NCBI GenBank assembly: GCA_964500655.1 | Contig: CAZCPP010000001.1 | Location: 1-48,999 of the forward strand | Direction: 5' to 3' | Length of the DNA: 48,999 nt | Source: an uncultured Anaerolineaceae bacterium | Lineage (GTDB): Bacteria > Chloroflexota > Anaerolineae > Anaerolineales > Villigracilaceae | Shown here: in pieces, positions 1 through 8,278 of the stretch | Numbering within the stretch: the first letter of the stretch is position 1 | How the letters are laid out: every line of letters starts with the position of its first letter | The notes under the pieces: model-generated | What the model saw: the letters and a program-made list of their open reading frames with translations, nothing else | What the model was told of the DNA's origin: nothing | Database searches by the model: none | Made by a program: the position numbers and the translations under genes

Positions 1-1335
1 CTCACCCCAACAAGGTTTTTGACCTGATTTTGCTACTTTAAGAAAGCCCTGATACATATGCATACCCATAGGAGAAGATTCCACAACGTTCCGAAACTTG
101 ACTTCGCTCTCTTGCAGCGTCTGCTCTGCTTGCATCCGCTCGGTGATGTCCCTTACAAAAGTGGCCACAATCACATCTTCTGGTTTTTCAGGTTCGTTTA
201 AAAGATATGACTGCAGTTCCACTGGGAAAATTGTTCCATCTTTACGGATATATTCTTTCTCATACAGGTCGGTGAAACCTCGTTCAAGCAATTGAACCCC
301 GAATTTTTCCACTTCCCAATCAATCCATTTTTCTGGAGTAATGTCTCTCCATGATTTCTTTGATAGTTCATCTATCGTATATCCGAGCATTTCCAGGTAA
401 GCTGGGTTTGGACTTGTTATTTCACCGGATCCTTTATTGATAGCATATCCGTCCCTATTTAAGTTAAACAATTTGCTGAAATTTTCTTCACTTTCTTCCG
501 CTTTTTGTATGGCTTCTAGCAGCTTTTTGTTTGTTGCTTTTATTTCTAATTCTGCTTGCTGGCGCTCGGTAATATCGCGAAGCGTGCCGATCATTCCAAT
601 TGGATTGCCTGTCTCATTTCGAAGGATCGAATTGTGCATCAGGGTGGGAAAGACGGTGCCGTCGCGCCGGACGTGCCTTATTTCACCACTAAATCCCCCT
701 GTTTCTTGAATCTGCCGGTTAGCTGCCTCGACCGCTGGTATTTGTTCGGGCGTATGAAAAATGGAGAGATGCTCACCAGCAAGTTCCCTCATAGTATAAC
801 CGTGCATAGCCGCAAAGGCCTCGTTCACAAATAGCAAATTACCTTGCAGATCAGCTATTGCCATACCTTCGGAGCTTTGTTCTACGGCGGATGAAAGAAG
901 CCGCAGCGTCTCCTCCGCTCCCTGTCGCTCGGTGATATCTTCTCCAGAGCTCAGAATACCTATCAGGTTACCTTTCTCGTCTTCTAACACAGCATTGTGC
1001 CAAGCGATTAACCTTTGTTCGCCATTAAGTCCGATGATTGGATTTTCATAATATTCAACGGGTTCAATTTTGCCCGCCAAGATTTGATTGAAAATAGTTT
1101 TTACATCTTGAATTTGATCCTGGGGAATAAAATTATCGAACCAGTTTAATCCTAACAACTCATCTTCACTGCCCCCCAAAATCGCACATCCCTTTTTATT
1201 GATCAGTGTTATATTTTGGTCATTATCAAGTACAAGAATAATAACTCCAGCTATATCCAAATAATGTTGGGCTTTATTTTTTTCTGCAGTCAATTCTTCA
1301 ATTAGCTGGGCTTTGGTTTTCTTTCGGTCTACCAT
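1..1335 (-). CDS. multi-PAS-domain sensory protein, N-terminal 445 aa (3' end runs off the left edge)
   Basis: The minus-strand frame is open from the ATG at 1335..1333 (GGAGAGAGA 4 nt upstream) to position 1. My translation starts MVDRKKTKAQLIEELTAEKNKAQHYLDIAGVIILVLDNDQ. It contains three complete PAS-like units, each ending in a DITER motif (GEDITERQ, LRDITERQ, VRDITERM), plus the start of a fourth. It is absent from the ORF track because no stop lies in the window. Confidence 0.85.
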   Translation of the reverse strand, partial: MVDRKKTKAQLIEELTAEKNKAQHYLDIAGVIILVLDNDQNITLINKKGCAILGGSEDELLGLNWFDNFIPQDQIQDVKTIFNQILAGKIEPVEYYENPIIGLNGEQRLIAWHNAVLEDEKGNLIGILSSGEDITERQGAEETLRLLSSAVEQSSEGMAIADLQGNLLFVNEAFAAMHGYTMRELAGEHLSIFHTPEQIPAVEAANRQIQETGGFSGEIRHVRRDGTVFPTLMHNSILRNETGNPIGMIGTLRDITERQQAELEIKATNKKLLEAIQKAEESEENFSKLFNLNRDGYAINKGSGEITSPNPAYLEMLGYTIDELSKKSWRDITPEKWIDWEVEKFGVQLLERGFTDLYEKEYIRKDGTIFPVELQSYLLNEPEKPEDVIVATFVRDITERMQAEQTLQESEVKFRNVVESSPMGMHMYQGFLKVAKSGQKPCWGE

Positions 1336-1416
1336 ATTGTCTCTCTCCAATGCCAGACTAACAGATCAAAAAACGATAATAGCATTCGCAATTGCCGAAT
1401 ATTACGATTTCACTAT

Positions 1417-1445
1417 ATCATAAATGAGTCAGGAAAGTATTTCAA
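1417..1445 (-). promoter_or_regulatory. candidate sigma70-type promoter of the PAS sensor gene
   Basis: Minus strand reads TTGAAA (1445..1440), 17-nt spacer, TATGAT (1422..1417), about 80 nt upstream of the ATG at 1335. Confidence 0.35.
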
Positions 1446-1619
1446 TTTTGTGTTGGCGGAATCTTCACCAAGTGTTGCTCGAATCATATTTAGTTAGGTG
1501 AATTGGTTTTCCCTTGAATGAAAGCAGGCTACAATTACGCTTCTTTTAAGTATGTGGCGCAATTTTGCACTTGTAACCTTAAAGTTTTTGTCAAATTGGT
1601 CAAAAATCACACATTCTTC

Positions 1620-1648
1620 TTGACTAGACAATCTCTCAGATGTACAAT
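1620..1648 (+). promoter_or_regulatory. candidate sigma70-type promoter of the purine operon
   Basis: TTGACT (1620..1625), 17-nt spacer, TACAAT (1643..1648). This leaves a 5' UTR of only about 23 nt before the ATG at 1678. Confidence 0.55.
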
Positions 1649-1677
1649 CGGCGAAGATTTTCCGATAAGGTTACATA

Positions 1678-4518
1678 ATGCATATATACCGATTTGTTGT
1701 GAAGTTCAAAGGTTCCGATCCGCGCTCTGCAAGTTATCTCAAGGACGTACTCGCCCTGGGATTTAATGACATTGACCGAATCGAATGCCAGGACCTGTAC
1801 TTTATTGAGGGCCAATTGTCGCAAAAAGACCTAAGACAATTGGCTCTCAAACTATTTACCGACCCGATAACTCAAACGGCTACTTGGGAACAACTCCCCG
1901 CTTCCCTTTTGGACCTGGAGCCTGCCACCGTTATGGTTGAAGTTGCACTGCGCCCAGGCGTCACCGATCCTGTCGCCGAGCAAATCGTACGTGCTGCCCA
2001 CGAACTTGGCTTTGAGGGAGTCAGGCGCGCCGCCACTGGCTTACGCTTTTTGATCCAAGGGCTGACAAAAATGCGAGTAAACAACCTGGCAAAACGTCTG
2101 CTCGCAAATGCCATCATCCAGCACTGGACATTAGGGGAAATCACACCTTCCTTCCCTGAAGAAGCGGCCTCCAGTGGAGAGGTGGAGATTATCCCCATCC
2201 GCGACCTGACCGAGGATCAACTCCTTGAAACCTCGAAGGGTCACCGCGCCGCGCTTGATCTTACAGAAATGAAAGCCATCCAGGATTATTACTTCGAGGC
2301 GCAACGCGATCCCACTGATGTGGAATTCGAAACCCTCGCCCAAACATGGAGTGAGCACTGTGTACATAAAACTTTCAAGGCCAAGGTTTCATTAGGTGAT
2401 GGGAGAGAGATCGATTCCATCATAAGCACTTACCTCAAAGCCGCTACTGATCATATCAATGCTCCATGGGTGCGATCCGCCTTCGTGGATAACGCTGGTA
2501 TCCTCGAATTCGATGATGAGTTCGAAATATCATTCAAAGTCGAAACCCATAACCACCCCTCCGCAATTGAGCCCTTCGGTGGCGCGAACACTGGCGTCGG
2601 TGGCGTTATTCGCGACGTGCTAGGCGTCAGTGCCAAGCCGATTGCCAATACCGATATCCTTTGTTTTGGTCCTCAAAACGTAGCACCCGATTCTCTCTCA
2701 GAAGGCGTACTCCATCCACGCCGAATCCAATCTGGTGTTATAGCAGGCGTGCAAGATTATGGCAACAAGATTGGCATCCCAACCGTTAATGGCGCCATCC
2801 TTTACGATGAGGGGTACATCGCCAATCCGCTCGTCTTTTGTGGATGTGTGGGCATCGCCCCCAAAGGTTTGCATCACAAAGATCCCCAGCCCGGTGACCG
2901 CGTCATCGTGCTGGGCGGGCGCACCGGGCGTGACGGTTTGCGCGGCGCAACTTTTTCATCGATGACGATGGATGCCCAGACGGGCGAAGTCTCAGGGGCA
3001 TCTGTGCAAATCGGTGATCCCATCACGGAGAAGGGCTTGATAGATGTCATCGTCCGCGCCCGCGACCTCAAACTGTACAATGACATCACCGATTGCGGCG
3101 CCGGTGGGTTGTCCTCTGCGGTTGGTGAAATGGCTGCTACCATTGGTGCAGAGGTTGAGCTTCAGGCTGTCCGCCTTAAATATCCTGGGCTGGCTCCGTG
3201 GGAAATCTGGCTTTCCGAAGCCCAAGAACGCATGGTACTGGCGGTCTCACCCGCGAATATTCCAGTACTACAAGAACTATGTGATACATTCGACACAGAC
3301 TTGACCGATATCGGGGAATATACTGGCTCAGGTCAATTGGTTGTCCGTTACGGTGGTAAGGTAGTACTCGATCTCGCCAATGCCTTTTTACACGAGGGCA
3401 TTCCACAAAGAGAATTGTCAGCAAAAATTATTAGGCAAGATATTGATTCCAATAAAACCATTAACGGACACTTTCAAAATGTAAACTTGAAAGACTCACT
3501 TCTCAAGCTGCTCGCCCACCCCAACATTGCCTCCAAGGCCGCTACCGTCCGCATCTACGATCACGAAATCCAAGGTGGAACGGTGGTCAAACCGCTGACA
3601 GGGATCCAAAATGACGGACCGTCAGACGCCACGGTGCTCAAACCGATTGGCACAAATGGTACCAAAGGCATCGTGCTCTCAAATGGCATCAACGCCGAAT
3701 ATGGGCAGCATGATGCCTATAGCATGGCCTGGGGGGTGTTGGACGAAGCTGTTCGCAACGCCGTTGCCGTCGGTGCAGATCCCAGACAAATTGCTGTGTT
3801 AGATAACTTTTGCTGGGGCGACCCAAAGTGCCCCGAAACACTGGGAACATTGGTCGAAGCTGCCCGCGGTTGCCATGACGCTGCCGTCCACTATGGTACG
3901 CCTTTTATCTCTGGAAAAGACTCACTAAATAACGAATACTTTGGTGCCGACGGCCAACGACACGCCATCCCCCCCACGTTACTTATTTCCGCGCTCGGTA
4001 TGATCGAAGATATTTCCCAGGCAGTTAGTATGGACTTGAAAACGGCGGGCAATCTCATTTTCCTGGTAGGCGATCTCCAGCCGACTTTAGGCGGTTCTCA
4101 TTATTCACTTGTTTCCGGTTACACGCCAGCCGACACTGTCCCAGTTCCTTCTGATGTTGCCCCAACTGTATACCGAGCCTTTCATAGAGCTATCCAAACT
4201 GGATTGGTCAAATCAGCCCATGATTTGTCAGAAGGAGGCTTGGCAGTTTGTGCAGCCGAAATGTGCATTGGCGGACGCCTGGGCATGCACCTAACCCTCG
4301 AAACCAGTTCCCAGCAATCCAGCCGCAACTTGTTCGGCGAGACAAACGGTTGTTTACTGGTTGAAATCGCTCCTACCGATGTTCAAGCCTTTAATGATAT
4401 TTTCGCTGAGTTACCTGTCAAAAAAGTTGGTCAGGTAACAACAGACTCATTGTTGAAATTCAATCAGCTCACCATCCCGGTCGCGGATCTTGTTGTCGCT
4501 TGGAACACTGTGCCCTAA
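1678..4518 (+). CDS. purL: FGAM synthase subunit PurL with two N-terminal PurS-like modules (PurS-PurS-PurL fusion)
   Basis: 946-aa ORF. The core carries PurL motifs (HNHPSAIEPFGGANTGVGGVIRD, GKDSLNNE). The first ~160 aa form two PurS-like repeats; the second ends RLLANAIIQHW, comparable to the PurS KLLANxVIE motif. Confidence 0.93.
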   Translation: MHIYRFVVKFKGSDPRSASYLKDVLALGFNDIDRIECQDLYFIEGQLSQKDLRQLALKLFTDPITQTATWEQLPASLLDLEPATVMVEVALRPGVTDPVAEQIVRAAHELGFEGVRRAATGLRFLIQGLTKMRVNNLAKRLLANAIIQHWTLGEITPSFPEEAASSGEVEIIPIRDLTEDQLLETSKGHRAALDLTEMKAIQDYYFEAQRDPTDVEFETLAQTWSEHCVHKTFKAKVSLGDGREIDSIISTYLKAATDHINAPWVRSAFVDNAGILEFDDEFEISFKVETHNHPSAIEPFGGANTGVGGVIRDVLGVSAKPIANTDILCFGPQNVAPDSLSEGVLHPRRIQSGVIAGVQDYGNKIGIPTVNGAILYDEGYIANPLVFCGCVGIAPKGLHHKDPQPGDRVIVLGGRTGRDGLRGATFSSMTMDAQTGEVSGASVQIGDPITEKGLIDVIVRARDLKLYNDITDCGAGGLSSAVGEMAATIGAEVELQAVRLKYPGLAPWEIWLSEAQERMVLAVSPANIPVLQELCDTFDTDLTDIGEYTGSGQLVVRYGGKVVLDLANAFLHEGIPQRELSAKIIRQDIDSNKTINGHFQNVNLKDSLLKLLAHPNIASKAATVRIYDHEIQGGTVVKPLTGIQNDGPSDATVLKPIGTNGTKGIVLSNGINAEYGQHDAYSMAWGVLDEAVRNAVAVGADPRQIAVLDNFCWGDPKCPETLGTLVEAARGCHDAAVHYGTPFISGKDSLNNEYFGADGQRHAIPPTLLISALGMIEDISQAVSMDLKTAGNLIFLVGDLQPTLGGSHYSLVSGYTPADTVPVPSDVAPTVYRAFHRAIQTGLVKSAHDLSEGGLAVCAAEMCIGGRLGMHLTLETSSQQSSRNLFGETNGCLLVEIAPTDVQAFNDIFAELPVKKVGQVTTDSLLKFNQLTIPVADLVVAWNTVP

Positions 4519-4543
4519 CCTTGAATTATTTTTGTAAACTGTT

Positions 4544-5335
4544 ATGAAACCCAAAGTCCTCATTCTGCAAGCCCGTGGAACCAATCGTGATTACGATGTT
4601 GCCGAGGCACTCGCCCTCGCTGGTGCAAATCCGATAGGTTTGCCGTTCAACGATTTGCAGGCTCGCAAAGCCAATTGGGATGACTTTCAGATGCTTATCA
4701 TCCCAGGTGGATTCTCCTACGCTGATGCGCTTGGCGCGGGGAGACTGCTTGCCTTAGACCTGGAATCCTATTTCGCAGATGAGATCGCTGCATTTGTAGC
4801 CTCTGGAAAACCAGTGATTGGCATATGCAACGGCTTTCAAGCCCTGGTAAAAGCAGGGGTTTTACCGGGGAATGCTTCCGCGCAAAGGAAGAGTAAGAGT
4901 GATGGCACCACCCTGACCTTCAATGCCCGTGGATGCTTTGAATGCCGTTGGGTAAATTTGATGCCGATTTCACAAACCTGCATCTGGACACAGGCTTTGA
5001 ATGAACGCATCACGTGCCCTATAGCACATGGCGAAGGAAATTTTCAAGCCAGTCATCAATCCCTGCTCGACAATCTATCTACGAACGATCAAATTGCCCT
5101 GACTTATATTAATTCTGATGGCACGCCACCTAAAGGTGAATACCCCGCTAACCCAAATGGTTCAGAATTGGATATAGCCGGGATTTGCAACCCAGCAGGC
5201 AATGTGCTGGGATTGATGCCGCACCCGGAAAATCACATCCATTCGTACCAGCACCCACGCTGGACACGTGGCGAATCGGCGGGGAGCGGGTTAGTATTAT
5301 TTGAGAGTGGTGTAAAGTATGCAGCCAATTTATAA
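4544..5335 (+). CDS. purQ: FGAM synthase glutamine amidotransferase subunit PurQ
   Basis: 263-aa ORF with the class I amidotransferase nucleophile elbow GICNGFQ and the MPHPE histidine motif. It lies directly after purL. Confidence 0.93.
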   Translation: MKPKVLILQARGTNRDYDVAEALALAGANPIGLPFNDLQARKANWDDFQMLIIPGGFSYADALGAGRLLALDLESYFADEIAAFVASGKPVIGICNGFQALVKAGVLPGNASAQRKSKSDGTTLTFNARGCFECRWVNLMPISQTCIWTQALNERITCPIAHGEGNFQASHQSLLDNLSTNDQIALTYINSDGTPPKGEYPANPNGSELDIAGICNPAGNVLGLMPHPENHIHSYQHPRWTRGESAGSGLVLFESGVKYAANL

Positions 5336-5372
5336 ACAATTCTTGGCGGATTCTTAAATTCACTACAACGAG

Positions 5373-6350
5373 GTGAAAATGATTTCACATGAAAGACTGA
5401 TCGAATTGTTACCCGATGCCTTTGGTGAATCCGATCTGCCACTAGATGGGAAAGCAAATGGAAAAGTACGGGAGTGGTACTCGTTGCCGGAGGGTAGACG
5501 GTTGATCGTTACAACCGATCGACTTTCTGCTTTTGACCGTATTCTGGCTCGCGTACCATATAAGGGGCAGGTGTTGAACCAGCTCTCAGCATGGTGGTTT
5601 GAGCAAATGCAAGATATCATCCCAAATCATTTGGTTTCCATCCCTGATCCAAACGCTGCGGTGGTGACGGAAGTTGAGCCATTGCTGGTGGAGGTGATTG
5701 TAAGAGGCTATATCTCCGGAGTGACCTCTACAGCCTTATGGTATCGCTATTCCCTTGGCGAGCGTGAAATTTATGGTTATCAATTCCCTGATGGGCTGCG
5801 TAAAAATCAAGGCCTGCCTGAACCGATCATCACACCAACGACAAAAGGCGTTGCAGGGGCACATGATGAACGCCTGACTTGCGCCGAAGTAGTTTCGAAG
5901 GACATCCTTGATGAGAAGACCTGGGAACAAGTACAGTCCGCGGCACTGGCTGTGTTCAAACGGGGGCAGCAGGTTGCACAGCAGGCCGGGCTCATATTGG
6001 TGGATACAAAATATGAATTTGGGCGCGCACCAGATGGGAGCGTGCTGCTGATTGATGAAGTTCATACACCTGACTCTTCTCGATTTTGGAAAGCTGACAC
6101 ATACGAAAGTCGTTTTGCCAGCGGTCAAGAGCCGGAGAATTTTGATAAGGAATTTGTACGCATGGCCTATGCCAAGCAAGGTTATCGTGGGGATGGTGAT
6201 ATACCCACGGTACCAGATTCTCTTTGGGTTAGCGCAAGCGAAAGATATATCACCATTTATGAAATGTTGACAGGCGAAACATTTGTGCCTGGGAATTATC
6301 CGGTTGAAACACGCTTTACTGAGAATTTGCGCAAAGCAGCGATCATATAG
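5373..6350 (+). CDS. purC: SAICAR synthetase (long form)
   Basis: 325-aa ORF with the TTDRLSAFD motif and a VDTKYEFG motif typical of PurC. SD GAGGTGA lies upstream. Confidence 0.92.
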   Translation: MKMISHERLIELLPDAFGESDLPLDGKANGKVREWYSLPEGRRLIVTTDRLSAFDRILARVPYKGQVLNQLSAWWFEQMQDIIPNHLVSIPDPNAAVVTEVEPLLVEVIVRGYISGVTSTALWYRYSLGEREIYGYQFPDGLRKNQGLPEPIITPTTKGVAGAHDERLTCAEVVSKDILDEKTWEQVQSAALAVFKRGQQVAQQAGLILVDTKYEFGRAPDGSVLLIDEVHTPDSSRFWKADTYESRFASGQEPENFDKEFVRMAYAKQGYRGDGDIPTVPDSLWVSASERYITIYEMLTGETFVPGNYPVETRFTENLRKAAII

Positions 6351-6360
6351 GTACGAAATT

Positions 6361-6837
6361 ATGAAACCCCTCATTATCATTCTCATGGGCTCCAAGGCAG
6401 ATATTGAACATTGCCAGAAAATCGCTGAATCATGCAAGGGATTCGGTATCGAAACTGTGATGCGCATCGGCTCTGCTCACAAGACGGCTGAACATGCATT
6501 GGAGATCTTAAATCAATACGAAGCCGATCCTCGTCCGAAGGTCTACATCACCGTGGCAGGGCGCAGCAATGCCTTGAGTGGTTTCACGGATGGTGCCGTC
6601 AATTCGCCGGTGATAGCCTGTCCGCCTCCTTCAATTGCTTTTGGCGGGGGGGATATCTATTCCTCACTACGAATGCCCTCGGGAGTTGCCCCGGCCCTGG
6701 TGCTGGAACCATCCAATGCCGCGCTGTTAGCGGCAAAAATTCTCGGCTTGGCAGATGATGATGTACGTGAGGCAGTTGCCAAGTCCAAGGAACGAACCGG
6801 AGAAAAAATCATTCAGGACGATCAGTCTATCCAATGA
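6361..6837 (+). CDS. purE: AIR carboxylase, class II PurE type
   Basis: Start taken at the internal ATG 6361 (MKPLIIILMGSKAD). Motifs LMGSxxDxxHCxKI, SAHK, VAGRSNALSG, PVIACPP and SSLRMPSG match the animal PAICS-type class II enzyme rather than the class I AGGAAHLPG pattern. Confidence 0.88.
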   Translation: MKPLIIILMGSKADIEHCQKIAESCKGFGIETVMRIGSAHKTAEHALEILNQYEADPRPKVYITVAGRSNALSGFTDGAVNSPVIACPPPSIAFGGGDIYSSLRMPSGVAPALVLEPSNAALLAAKILGLADDDVREAVAKSKERTGEKIIQDDQSIQ

Positions 6838-8252
6838 GCTTCTCGTACGATGATCATCCTCGCGAAGAATGCGGCATCATTGGTGTTTTCGCCCCCAATG
6901 AAGATGTTGCCCGCATGGCATTCTTTGGGCTGTTTGCGCTCCAACATCGTGGACAGGAAGCAGCCGGTATCGCAGTTGCCGATGGACAGGTAATGTCCAT
7001 ACACAAAGAGGTCGGCTTGATCTCGCAAATCTTTCGGCCACAAACACTTGACCGGCTTCAGGGGCACTATGCCATTGGGCATACGCGATATTCAACGACT
7101 GGTTCGTCCCTGGCTCGCAATGCTCAACCGTTCATGATCGAGACCATGCACGGGCCTCTAGCTTTAGCGCACAATGGTAATTTGGTTAATTCGGCTGAAC
7201 TACGCCAAAAATTACTTGAAGAGGGTGTGGGGCTTTCGTCATCTTCAGATACCGAAGTTATGACCATGATGCTAGCCCGCTCTAAGGGGAAAAACTGGAA
7301 CGAGCGCATTCAGAACTGTATGAAAGAATGGTGCGGCGCGTATTCGTTTGTTGTTTTAACCCAGAACTGTGTCTTTGTAGGGAGAGATGCTTGGGGCTTC
7401 CGTCCATTAAACATTGGGCTACTCCCACACGGTGGTTTTGCTGCCGCATCTGAAACTGGTGCGCTCCAGACCTTAGGGTGCGAGGCAGTTAGAGAAGTAA
7501 AACATGGCGAAATCGTGGTTCTATCCGAGAACGCATTGGTTGTGCATCAGGCACTAGAACCGGTTAAACCAGCCGCACGCTGTGTTTTTGAGTTCATCTA
7601 CTTCGCGCGCCCTGACCATGTCTGGGACGGGCAATCCGTACATCATGTACGTCAGCGACTCGGCGAAGAACTTGCCAAGGAGACAGATGCGGAAGCTGAT
7701 GTCATTGTTCCTGTACCAGATTCATCCATTCCTGCCGCAATCGGCTTCTCTCGCTCGACGGGCATCCCCTTCAATGATGGCTTTATAAAAAACCGCTATA
7801 TTGGTCGCACATTCATTGAGCCAACCGATTCGCTCCGCAGACAAGGGATTGCCTTGAAATTCAACGTCATCAATGAAAATGTGTTGAACAAAAGGGTCGT
7901 TATGATTGATGATAGTATCGTACGCGGCAACACCATGGGACCAATGATCAAGTTGCTACGTAACGCTGGAGCTCGAGAAGTGCACGTTGCAATTACTTGT
8001 CCACCAATCGCCCATCCCTGTTTCATGGGGGTGGATATGGGATTTTGCGATGATCTGATTGCCTACAATCGAAGTATCGACGAAATCAGGGCCCATATCC
8101 AAGCGGATTCATTATCATATCTCTCTCTCGATAGGATGATGCGGGCAGTAGGTCGTTCGGAGGGTTATTGTCAGGCCTGCTTTACGGGCAACTACCCAAT
8201 CAGCGTAGATGAGATGTGCGTGAAAACTGGTTTTGAGCGATGCACTAAATAA
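6834..8252 (+). CDS. purF: amidophosphoribosyltransferase
   Basis: 472-aa ORF with a short propeptide followed by the Ntn nucleophile CGIIGVF, a PRPP-binding loop VVMIDDSIVRGNT and a C-terminal Cys cluster (CQACFTGNYP). Its ATGA overlaps the purE stop. Confidence 0.94.
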   Translation: MSFSYDDHPREECGIIGVFAPNEDVARMAFFGLFALQHRGQEAAGIAVADGQVMSIHKEVGLISQIFRPQTLDRLQGHYAIGHTRYSTTGSSLARNAQPFMIETMHGPLALAHNGNLVNSAELRQKLLEEGVGLSSSSDTEVMTMMLARSKGKNWNERIQNCMKEWCGAYSFVVLTQNCVFVGRDAWGFRPLNIGLLPHGGFAAASETGALQTLGCEAVREVKHGEIVVLSENALVVHQALEPVKPAARCVFEFIYFARPDHVWDGQSVHHVRQRLGEELAKETDAEADVIVPVPDSSIPAAIGFSRSTGIPFNDGFIKNRYIGRTFIEPTDSLRRQGIALKFNVINENVLNKRVVMIDDSIVRGNTMGPMIKLLRNAGAREVHVAITCPPIAHPCFMGVDMGFCDDLIAYNRSIDEIRAHIQADSLSYLSLDRMMRAVGRSEGYCQACFTGNYPISVDEMCVKTGFERCTK

Positions 8253-8278
8253 TTATTCACGAGGGATAAGGGACAGCT

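Noticed and set aside
1336-1677. Purine or ZTP riboswitch upstream of the pur operon
   Set aside because: The best promoter leaves a UTR of only ~23 nt. No conserved guanine-riboswitch junction or pfl-motif sequence is visible in the 340-nt spacer.
5736-6467. 243-aa minus-strand ORF in the track
   Set aside because: It is entirely antisense to purC/purE, which have strong family motifs. Its sequence is Cys/Phe/Ile-rich with no recognisable domain, and it has no SD. This is a typical shadow ORF.
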